DNA of 64,000 nucleotides from sequence record SRR20825006_1106; one strand, given 5' to 3'. Positions 39,124 through 47,504 of the stretch are shown piece after piece; within the stretch, counting starts at the first letter, position 1; every line of letters begins with the position of its first letter. The notes below the pieces were generated by a model that did no database searches, was not told the DNA's origin, and saw only the letters and a program-made list of their open reading frames with translations. The translations under genes were made by a program, and so were the position numbers.

Positions 39124-40404
39124 CTACTCGATTATAATTAGTTTTATAGTTTCGATGCGACTTTGAGTAGCTTTACTAATAATAAACTTATACCCATCAA
39201 TCAGCACTTCTTCATTCACTTTTGGAATACGCCCTAAATTATTTATGATGTAGCCCGCTACGGTATCGTACTCAGAAGGTTCCAAAGGAATTTCTATTTC
39301 TGAAAAATGTTGAACAAGTTCAGAAATTTCCACGTTACCGCTTATCACAAAATTGTTTGGCGAGATTCGCTTCATGATTTCATCCTCTACATCATGCTCG
39401 TCTTGGATATCGCCTACTACTTCTTCTAATAAATCCTCAATAGTTACCATACCCGCCGTTCCTCCATATTCGTCTAAAACAATAGCTACCGACATGTTTG
39501 ATTTACGAAATTCGGTCATCAAGGCTTTAGATTTCTTACTAGATGGAACTAGCTTTATCGGACGAATAATCTCGTGGAGAGATTTAGGGTTCTTAAAAAA
39601 GTCGTGCGCAAACACCACTCCAATAACATCATCGATACTATCCCTAAACACAGGTAGCTTTGAATGACCCGACTCAACAAGTACTTTTAGCACCTCTGAA
39701 ACAGGTGTTGATTTATCCACCGCTTCGATATCAATCCTAGGAATCATTGAATCTCTAACTCTCTTGTTTGAGAGTTCTAAAACATTATGCAAAATCTCTG
39801 AATCATCCTCGTCAATTTCGTCACTTCCCCCACCTTCACGTAGTTCTTTAAAAATAAGCTCTACATCTCTTCTACGATAAAATTGTTCGGCTTTTTCTGC
39901 ATCTGGAACTAGCCATTTTATAAGCGTATTTGATGAACTATTAGCAATTACAATAAGTGGCTTTAGTACATAATAAAATAATCTTAGAGGGAGCGCTATA
40001 ATATTAACCATCAAATCAGCTTGAGCCCTAAATATAGCTTTTGGTAGAATCTCGCCAAATAGCATAATAACAAACGAGGCTATAATGGTTTGAATGCTAA
40101 GAACTTGAAATGCAGAAGGAATAACTCCAAACCAAGCATTAAAATAGTTAGAAACGGGGTCCGCTAAGAAAATAGCCATTAATGTAGCGTAAACTACATT
40201 AACAATGTTATTACCAACTAAGGTAGTAGTTAGAAAAGTCTCTGGATTCTTTGAGAAAAAGCCAATTGAGCCTGATATAAGGTTATTTTTTCTAGATGCT
40301 ACTTCAAGCTTAAGCTTATTAGCAGTAACGAAGGCGATTTCTGCTCCTGAGAAAAAACCACTTAATAGTATGGTAAACGCTATGAGAAGCCACTCTAAAC
40401 TCAT
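39124..40404 (-). CDS. CNNM/CorC-HlyC (hemolysin-family) CBS-domain transporter
   Basis: FFSGAEIA, LVGNNIVN, FGEILPK, DEYGGTAGMVTIEDLLEE, YDTVAG. Confidence 0.92.
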   Translation of the reverse strand: MSLEWLLIAFTILLSGFFSGAEIAFVTANKLKLEVASRKNNLISGSIGFFSKNPETFLTTTLVGNNIVNVVYATLMAIFLADPVSNYFNAWFGVIPSAFQVLSIQTIIASFVIMLFGEILPKAIFRAQADLMVNIIALPLRLFYYVLKPLIVIANSSSNTLIKWLVPDAEKAEQFYRRRDVELIFKELREGGGSDEIDEDDSEILHNVLELSNKRVRDSMIPRIDIEAVDKSTPVSEVLKVLVESGHSKLPVFRDSIDDVIGVVFAHDFFKNPKSLHEIIRPIKLVPSSKKSKALMTEFRKSNMSVAIVLDEYGGTAGMVTIEDLLEEVVGDIQDEHDVEDEIMKRISPNNFVISGNVEISELVQHFSEIEIPLEPSEYDTVAGYIINNLGRIPKVNEEVLIDGYKFIISKATQSRIETIKLIIIE

Positions 40405-40474
40405 TTGAGCTCCTCATTATACAATATGCGACCTGCCGGTGGAGGTTCGTCGTTCATTAATAAAATATTAGTTC

Positions 40475-41254
40475 CTATTTGCCAGAAAAAACGGGTTTTC
40501 TTTTTTCAAGAAATGCGTTTGTTCCTTCTTTAAAATCAGCAGTGTTGTACAAATTTCCAAATAGATTTGCCTCCGACTCATACCCTGAGTTTTTGCCTGC
40601 TTCATTAATAGCTAAGATAGCATTTTTTATTGCAATTGGACCATGCTTCATTATGCTTTTCATCATATTTTTTGCAGCGTCAATTGCAGTGTCTTCAGCT
40701 ATGGAATTAATTAAGCCGATATCCCTAGCTTCTGATGCATTAACAAATCGTCCCGAAAGCACTAATTCTAATGATTTTGCCTGCCCAACTAACTTAGGTA
40801 ATCTTTGTGTGCCACCGTAACCAGGAATTAATCCTAAACTCACTTCTGGCAAGCCTATAAGCGCATTTTTAGAAGCAATCCTAATATGACATGCCATTGC
40901 AAGTTCACAGCCACCACCCAATGCATAGCCATTTATAGCCGCTATAATAGGCTTGATTGAATCTTCTAACCTTTGAAAAACACGTTGTCCACGTAAAGAT
41001 AGCGAAACCGCTTCAGCATCCTCGAGCGTATTAAGCTCTTTTACATCTGCACCTGCAACAAAAGCTTTGTCACCAGCCCCTGTAATAATTACGCCTTTAA
41101 CATGATCGTTTTCTTGAATGGATGTTATTGCTAAATCTAACTCTTCAAACACTTGGTTGTTAAGCGCATTCATTTTATAAGGGCGATTGATAGTTAGCAG
41201 ACAAACACCAGAATCATCGATTTCTAAAAGTAGTGTTTCGTAAGATTCGCTCAT
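40475..41254 (-). CDS. Enoyl-CoA hydratase (crotonase)
   Basis: FVAGAD, ALGGGCELA, LPEVSLGLIPGYGGTQRL, AFLEKR. Confidence 0.92.
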   Translation of the reverse strand: MSESYETLLLEIDDSGVCLLTINRPYKMNALNNQVFEELDLAITSIQENDHVKGVIITGAGDKAFVAGADVKELNTLEDAEAVSLSLRGQRVFQRLEDSIKPIIAAINGYALGGGCELAMACHIRIASKNALIGLPEVSLGLIPGYGGTQRLPKLVGQAKSLELVLSGRFVNASEARDIGLINSIAEDTAIDAAKNMMKSIMKHGPIAIKNAILAINEAGKNSGYESEANLFGNLYNTADFKEGTNAFLEKRKPVFSGK

Positions 41255-41259
41255 ACTTC

Positions 41260-42150
41260 CTATTCTTTAATTTTAGTTTGAGAATCTTTAGTTATTTCAA
41301 CGTCATCACTAGAAATTTCATTTAAAATAGAGTCGAAATCAAGTTCTGTTTCCCACTCGGTAGTGTAACCTGGTAAAATATCTTGATCCAAATCCTCAAT
41401 AAGCTGTGACGTTTCATCTACTTCGGTAAGAAGATTATCCAGTTGGAATCCAATTTCCTCAGGGTTACTCATCGTCATAGATTGTTCGTAAATATATCGT
41501 ACGGCATCTTCTATAGTTTCTAAGTGCGTTTCGCAAACCAAATACTTCTCTTTGGCTATTTTGAACTTTTGTAAACGCTTTTGCATGATTGCAACACGTC
41601 TCGCTTTTGTTCTCTTTAGCTTTTCAGACTCTATAGTTTTAATCTCTTCAATTTGTCGTACTACCTCTTCCTTCAAGTTATTCTCTAACGAAGTATTAAG
41701 ATAAATTTCATATCGCTTTATGAGATCTAGTAGAGTTAGATAGTTTCCCAACAGCTCTTCTATCTTCTTCCCAATATTATCGAGCAAACCTTGCGAGCTG
41801 TATGGAAGTTTTTCAAAATTCTCTTGTACTAACTTAGCCAAGTGCTTTAGCACTAGAAAACGTTTTTGGCTTGCTGAGTCTAATGACTGAAAAAGATCTT
41901 TTTCGTTATTAGAAGCATGGCGCTCTTTAATTTTCTTTAGCTCTGTTTTCTTTCTAAAGCGCGGCAATTTAGGCACAATACCTAAATACATTAACTCTAG
42001 CCCAAAAACAGTGGTAAGCATAACGCTTGATGCATCCCCGAAACCACTAAGAAGGAACGCTGATAGTGTAGCGAGTAATAATCCTCCTAAATTAATGGGG
42101 TTCATAAATGCTTCACGCGTATAATTGATATTTAGTTCGTCTGCTGACAT
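41260..42150 (-). CDS. Hypothetical protein: 2 N-terminal TM helices plus long coiled coil and acidic tail
   Basis: Hydrophobic hairpin at about aa 20-60, then a Leu/Glu/Lys-rich helical region; TAATG coupling to the upstream ORF. Confidence 0.75.
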   Translation of the reverse strand: MSADELNINYTREAFMNPINLGGLLLATLSAFLLSGFGDASSVMLTTVFGLELMYLGIVPKLPRFRKKTELKKIKERHASNNEKDLFQSLDSASQKRFLVLKHLAKLVQENFEKLPYSSQGLLDNIGKKIEELLGNYLTLLDLIKRYEIYLNTSLENNLKEEVVRQIEEIKTIESEKLKRTKARRVAIMQKRLQKFKIAKEKYLVCETHLETIEDAVRYIYEQSMTMSNPEEIGFQLDNLLTEVDETSQLIEDLDQDILPGYTTEWETELDFDSILNEISSDDVEITKDSQTKIKE

Positions 42151-42611
42151 TAACTGCTTTCTTTATCGTTAGCTGATGAAGGATTTTTCTGTTGTTTCTG
42201 CCCGATGGTTTTTTCTGTCTTTATTTCTTCTGCATGTTTTTCAATTTCAGAATAAAGCATTCCCATTTCGGCTTTTACTTGCTGCAAGGTTTCTTTGGCT
42301 TTCTGCTTTTTCAAAACCTCATCGAGTTCATCATTCTTAATTTCTTGCTGAAGAGTTGAATCGTCATCACTTAAGCTATCCATAGTTACATCCAATCGAG
42401 CCTCAACATGTGTTACCTTGTCACGAACTTTCCCCAAAAACTCATCCATCGTTTCAAGTAAATTGTTTGGGTCCATATTATTTATGGCTTGTGCAATTTT
42501 ACCTTTCTGTTCCGCAGTTTTTAATCGCGCTTTAGCTTCTTTAATACGTCGGTAATGTTCCTTGTATTCTTCTTTTAAGCGTTCACGCTCTTGTTCGTTT
42601 TGAGTGCTCAT
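42150..42611 (-). CDS. Coiled-coil protein; probable N-terminally truncated PspA paralog
   Basis: Colinear similarity, by manual alignment, to the C-terminal half of the adjacent PspA (see findings). Confidence 0.7.
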   Translation of the reverse strand: MSTQNEQERERLKEEYKEHYRRIKEAKARLKTAEQKGKIAQAINNMDPNNLLETMDEFLGKVRDKVTHVEARLDVTMDSLSDDDSTLQQEIKNDELDEVLKKQKAKETLQQVKAEMGMLYSEIEKHAEEIKTEKTIGQKQQKNPSSANDKESS

Positions 42612-42623
42612 AGTGTAATCCTA

Positions 42624-43370
42624 TCAGCTTTTCTCTCTGTTACCAAGAGTTTTTGATTTATTCGTTTCTTCCTGAATAGGTTCTTCGTTCATATTAATCG
42701 AACCAGAAGAATCACCCATTTCCATTTTGAATTGTTCTACTAACTCATGCGCTCTAATTTTCTCAGCGTTAGCTTCAATTTCCATCGTTTGAGTGTCAAT
42801 ACTGTCTAAAGCAATTTCCATACGAGCTTCATTTTTAGCAGATTCTTCGTTGATACGAGAAATCATTTCATCATGAGTCTGATCAATTCCACCCACTTCA
42901 AATTGCTCTAAAGTATCCGCAATTTTTGATTGCCATTCAGCGCGTTCGCTAGCCCGGAGAGCTTCTTTAGCTTCCTGAATCTTACGATCTTTTTCTCGCA
43001 TAAACACTTTTTTCACCTTAAGCGCTTTTTCGTAAGCACGTTCTGCGAAAGCAAGCTGGTCATTGGTGTGTATGATTGTTTCTTTGGCCTTCTCAAGTTG
43101 CAAAGCATAACCTTCAGCAATATCATCACGATTTGCCTGAATGGCCGACTTTATCTTTGATGTAAGTTCAGCAATCTGCTTTTCGTTACGTTTCGCTTCT
43201 TTCTGCAACATCAACAAATTTGCCTTAACCGTGGCAATATTTTCATTCATTTGCGGAATTTGATCATTCAAATCTCGGATGTTTTGTTCCAAAATCAGTT
43301 TTGGATCTTCCATTGAACTGATTAATCCCCCAAACATCGACTTTATTGCGCGTATAAATCTTTTAAACAT
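42624..43370 (-). CDS. pspA: PspA/IM30 (Vipp1, ESCRT-III superfamily) protein
   Basis: Amphipathic N-helix MFKRFIRAIKSMFGGLI, EDPKLILEQNIRDL and AIQANRDDIA hairpin-tip motif. Confidence 0.9.
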   Translation of the reverse strand: MFKRFIRAIKSMFGGLISSMEDPKLILEQNIRDLNDQIPQMNENIATVKANLLMLQKEAKRNEKQIAELTSKIKSAIQANRDDIAEGYALQLEKAKETIIHTNDQLAFAERAYEKALKVKKVFMREKDRKIQEAKEALRASERAEWQSKIADTLEQFEVGGIDQTHDEMISRINEESAKNEARMEIALDSIDTQTMEIEANAEKIRAHELVEQFKMEMGDSSGSINMNEEPIQEETNKSKTLGNREKS

Positions 43371-43440
43371 ATTATTTTCCTTTTTTAATGCCCTAATGTG
43401 TACAAAAACAAATTAACTAATTCTCAGCTTAGCTCAACAG

Positions 43441-44784
43441 TTAAAGCTCAAATACCCTTGTGCCCTTACTATCTACAATGTGAGTAACCAGAAATTCCTT
43501 TACAGGTTTTGTTTCTGAAATTGAAACTGCTCCGAGTAAAAGTTCTGTAGCAACTTCAATCATGGTGGGCTTGTTCGTGAAAGCGACCATAATTGTTTCA
43601 CCTTTTGTAACTTTATCTCCTACTTTCTTTTGTAGAACAACTCCAGCTTGGGCATCAACCGCTTCTTCTTTGGTTTTTCGCCCAGCCCCGAGTTCAACAG
43701 ATGCTGTTCCAATCTCAAAAGCATTTAACCCAGAAATATATCCTGAGGCTTCAGCCTTAATTTCAAATTGATGCTTAGCTATTGGGTATGCTTCTGGATT
43801 CTTAATTATTTCAATATCACCACCTTGCTCTTCTACAATATCCAACCACTTCTGAAAAGCCTCACCATTTTCAACTTGCTGGTGGCTAATTTTAATTCCT
43901 TCTTCAACAGTAGCAGCCTTACCACCTAAATAAATCATCGTGCCAGAAAGCAGATGCGAAAGAAGCATTATGTCCTCTGGGCCCTCGCCTTTTAGAGCGT
44001 CAATACTTTCTTCTATCTCAAGCCAATTTCCAATTTTATAGCCTAAAGGTTGTTGCATATTTGTTAGGTATGCAATGGTTTCCTTTCCAAATTGTTCTCC
44101 AATTCCTACCAAAGCGGTTGCAAGTTTTGTAGCATCTTCTGCTGTTTTCATAAAAGCACCCGCACCGTATTTCACATCTAGAACTAATGCATCAATTCCT
44201 TCAGCAAGTTTTTTGCTCATTATACTACCAGCAATAAGCGGGATCGATTCTACCGTCCCTGTAACATCTCTTAGTGCATATAATCTTTTATCAGCAGGAG
44301 CGATTTCTTCAGTTTGCCCTACTAGAACTAGATTCTGACGTTCAAGAATTTCTATATATCGAGCTAGGTCAACGTCTACTGTAAATCCAGTAATAGATTC
44401 TAGCTTATCCAAAGTTCCACCAGTGTGGCCTAAACCTCGTCCTGAAATCATTGGAACGGGTACGCCTGCACTCGCCACAATTGGCGCAAGAATTAGTGAC
44501 AACTTATCGCCTACCCCGCCAGTAGAGTGTTTATCTACCTTCTTACCTGGGATATGAGAAAGATCCACCACAATACCTGAGTGAAGCATCGACTCGGTTA
44601 ACGCCGCCGATTCCTCATCATTTAAACCATTTAGAAAGGTAGCCATTAAAAAAGCACTGATTTGATAATCAGGAATTTCATCGGCTGTATAAGCGTCGAT
44701 TAAATAACGGATTTCTTCTCTGGTAAGAACTTTACCGTCACGTTTCTTACGAATTAGGGAAACAATACTATAATTTTTAATCAT
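43441..44784 (-). CDS. pdp: Thymidine/pyrimidine-nucleoside phosphorylase
   Basis: DKHSTGGVGDK, SGRGLGHTGGTLDKLE, LYALRDVT, SIMSKK. Confidence 0.93.
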   Translation of the reverse strand: MIKNYSIVSLIRKKRDGKVLTREEIRYLIDAYTADEIPDYQISAFLMATFLNGLNDEESAALTESMLHSGIVVDLSHIPGKKVDKHSTGGVGDKLSLILAPIVASAGVPVPMISGRGLGHTGGTLDKLESITGFTVDVDLARYIEILERQNLVLVGQTEEIAPADKRLYALRDVTGTVESIPLIAGSIMSKKLAEGIDALVLDVKYGAGAFMKTAEDATKLATALVGIGEQFGKETIAYLTNMQQPLGYKIGNWLEIEESIDALKGEGPEDIMLLSHLLSGTMIYLGGKAATVEEGIKISHQQVENGEAFQKWLDIVEEQGGDIEIIKNPEAYPIAKHQFEIKAEASGYISGLNAFEIGTASVELGAGRKTKEEAVDAQAGVVLQKKVGDKVTKGETIMVAFTNKPTMIEVATELLLGAVSISETKPVKEFLVTHIVDSKGTRVFEL

Positions 44785-44839
44785 CCTATAAGTATAGTTG
44801 AAAAAACCATTATTTTCTTCCTCTAATTGGAGAATCTTC

Positions 44840-45952
44840 TTGAAAATTATTGCTGATCAAAACATTTACAAATTATGCTCATTTCTATCTGAAAATATAG
44901 AACTTAATGAATTTAATCCTAACAACGGAATACCCAATTTAGATGAATTTGATGTGTTATTCGTTCGCACTGTAACCGCACTAGATTCAAACTCTGTTCC
45001 ATTAATACCGAGCACTTTAAAGTTATTAGGAACTGCATCATCAGGAAAAGACCACATTGAAGCCTCATATTTTGAACAACATGGCGTTGACGTTATTGAT
45101 GCCAACGGATGCAATGCAAAAGCAGTTTCAGAGTACGTAATGACTTCCCTTTTACTTTGGGGAATCGAGAATTCTACCTCATTACCATCACTCAAATATG
45201 GTGTTATTGGAGTGGGTGCGGTTGGACAAGAAGTCCAAAAACAATTTGATGCTTTTGGATTGTCCTATATTAGTTATGACCCTCCAAGAGCAAACAGAGA
45301 TTCCACTTTTTCATCAGACTCTTTAGAAGCGTTGTTAGCCTGTGACGTTCTGACCTTCCATATTCCTCTCACAAAAGATGATGATCACAGCACTTTTCAT
45401 TGGCTAGATGAATCCAAACTAAATTCCCATTCCTACAAGCTTATAATTAACGCAGCGAGAGGTGGCGTAATTGATGAACAGGCTTTATTACAAGCGTTGG
45501 AACAAGGAAGAGTTCAAGATGTAGTAATTGATGTGTGGGAGAATGAGCCTAACTTTAATTCCAAACTTGCACAACAAGCTTTCATTTCAACACCGCATAT
45601 AGCTGGATATTCTGAACAAGCTAAATTAAAAGCGACTCAACTTCTTGTTGACAAATTTGGAGAAAAATTTGGCCTTCAAATGAAACACCCTATCGATTTG
45701 TTTGAGCCAAAGAATTTAGAAATTGCAGATTTGGAGTATCCGTTCCGAGAGTTACTGCTTCGATTAAACCCACTTAAAGAGTATGATGTGGCGTTGCGAG
45801 ATTTAATTTCTCGCCCCGACAAAGAATTGCTTTTTAAAAAACTAAGAGTTGATCGCCCCTATAGATATGAATATCCATATTTGAGAATTAGCGAGACTTT
45901 TTTAGACAAATTTAAAGAATTGAAGTTATTGGGCATCCAAAAAATAGAATGA
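44840..45952 (+). CDS. pdxB: Erythronate-4-phosphate dehydrogenase
   Basis: KIIADQNI, LFVRTVT, GCNA, GVGAVG, INAARG, DVWENEP, TPHIAGYS; TTG at 44840 is the likely start. Confidence 0.8.
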   Translation: MKIIADQNIYKLCSFLSENIELNEFNPNNGIPNLDEFDVLFVRTVTALDSNSVPLIPSTLKLLGTASSGKDHIEASYFEQHGVDVIDANGCNAKAVSEYVMTSLLLWGIENSTSLPSLKYGVIGVGAVGQEVQKQFDAFGLSYISYDPPRANRDSTFSSDSLEALLACDVLTFHIPLTKDDDHSTFHWLDESKLNSHSYKLIINAARGGVIDEQALLQALEQGRVQDVVIDVWENEPNFNSKLAQQAFISTPHIAGYSEQAKLKATQLLVDKFGEKFGLQMKHPIDLFEPKNLEIADLEYPFRELLLRLNPLKEYDVALRDLISRPDKELLFKKLRVDRPYRYEYPYLRISETFLDKFKELKLLGIQKIE

Positions 45953-45971
45953 ACTTAGTTGCTTAATACAA

Positions 45972-46730
45972 TCAGATTCTAAATAAATCTCTCGCATTTC
46001 TATCTGTTATTTCTTCAATTTCTTGAAAATTCAATTCAAATATTTCTGCCAATCTCTCAGCTGTATATTTCATAAAAGAGGGTTCATTGCGCTTACCTCG
46101 CTTTGGTGTTGGAGAAAGGTATGGGGCATCTGTTTCAAGCACCATTTTTGATAAAGGAAGTTGGGCAACGGTTTTGTCAACACCTCCATTTTTAAATGTG
46201 ACTACGCCACCTATTCCTAAATAAAAACCCAAATCAATAGCCCGCTTTCCCTGCTCTACAGTTCCATTGAAGCAATGCCAAACTCCCGTCAAGGTTCCAT
46301 CTTGTGCTTCATCCATCATCTCTAGTAAGTCGTCAGTACTTTCGCGGTTATGTAACACAATAGGCTTTTTTACTGCCTTGGCTACATCAAAGTGCGCATG
46401 TAAACTCTCTTTTTGTTCTTTGACACGATCCTTACTCCAATAATAATCTAAGCCTGTTTCACCAACTCCAATTATTTCCTCTTTGGCACACAAAGCAAAT
46501 AGTTTACTCTCAAAACCTTGCTCAATTTCTTCAATATCGCAAGGGTGTATTCCTGCCATTTTATAGAAATGAATAGACTCATGCTCCATTGCTGTCATTT
46601 GAGGTATCGAACCAAAATCTATTGCGGGCATTAAAATAGCCGTAACACCAGCCTCCGACGCTCTAGTTAGCACTTCTACTTTATCCTCATTAAAGTCTGG
46701 TAAATATATATGCGAATGAGTATCAATCAT
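45972..46730 (-). CDS. tatD: TatD-family nuclease
   Basis: IDTHSH, GIHP, GETGLDY, HNR, HCF, ETDAPYL. Confidence 0.92.
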   Translation of the reverse strand: MIDTHSHIYLPDFNEDKVEVLTRASEAGVTAILMPAIDFGSIPQMTAMEHESIHFYKMAGIHPCDIEEIEQGFESKLFALCAKEEIIGVGETGLDYYWSKDRVKEQKESLHAHFDVAKAVKKPIVLHNRESTDDLLEMMDEAQDGTLTGVWHCFNGTVEQGKRAIDLGFYLGIGGVVTFKNGGVDKTVAQLPLSKMVLETDAPYLSPTPKRGKRNEPSFMKYTAERLAEIFELNFQEIEEITDRNARDLFRI

Positions 46731-46932
46731 TAAGTATTTGGGTAAGTATTAGATTTTCTAAATCTTGTAACTTCTATCAAGTTTCAATTGCTCTTTACAA
46801 GCCACTCTAATATAATAAGTAAAAGAGAAGATGTTAAAGTAGATACTGCCAAGATACTCAAGAGGAACAATTTTAAATTGGCTTTGTTTATATAAAAAAC
46901 TAGAGTTTATAAAAAAACAAAAGAGATGCATT

Positions 46933-47325
46933 ATGAGTCAGAGAAAAATATTTACCAGCTTTTTTATTGTCGTATTATTATTTGCAACGAGCAAAACCTT
47001 TGCCCAAATAACCATTGAGTCGATTGAAATTGGCACTGAAATTGAAAATCGTGCCTTAGTTGGTGAATCTGATTCCTTTCCTAGTAACGTAACAACACTA
47101 TTCTGTTTAACTAAAATTACTGGCGCTGATAACTCGCCAACAATCAAACATATTTGGTATTATGGCGAGGAAGAGAAGGCATCAACCGAACTCGAAGTAC
47201 GCACACCCAAATTCAGAACTTGGAGCTCCAAAAAGATTTGGCACACTTGGACTGGAAAATGGAAGGTAGACGTTGTTGATGATGCTGGAAACGTGCTTGC
47301 ATCCAAGTCGTTTACAATCCAATAA
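46933..47325 (+). CDS. DUF2914-like exported Ig-fold protein
   Basis: Signal peptide; IKHIWY, FRTWSSK, GKWKVDV. Confidence 0.75.
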   Translation: MSQRKIFTSFFIVVLLFATSKTFAQITIESIEIGTEIENRALVGESDSFPSNVTTLFCLTKITGADNSPTIKHIWYYGEEEKASTELEVRTPKFRTWSSKKIWHTWTGKWKVDVVDDAGNVLASKSFTIQ

Positions 47326-47504
47326 TTACTCTAAGAAAGGGTTACTTTTAAGTTAAAATTGTTTACATTTATTTACATAATTCCAACGATGTAAAAAGAA
47401 TATTTAGAGAATGAGATTTTCTCTATGTTACAGTAATTTACATTTGTTGAATCATTAACACTATGTAACAAAAAAAGCAGTTTTTGTAAACAATTCTAGC
47501 CCAT

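Noticed and set aside
39124-41254. CNNM protein and crotonase as dedicated parts of the PspA system
   Set aside because: Both are ordinary widespread families; only adjacency supports a link.
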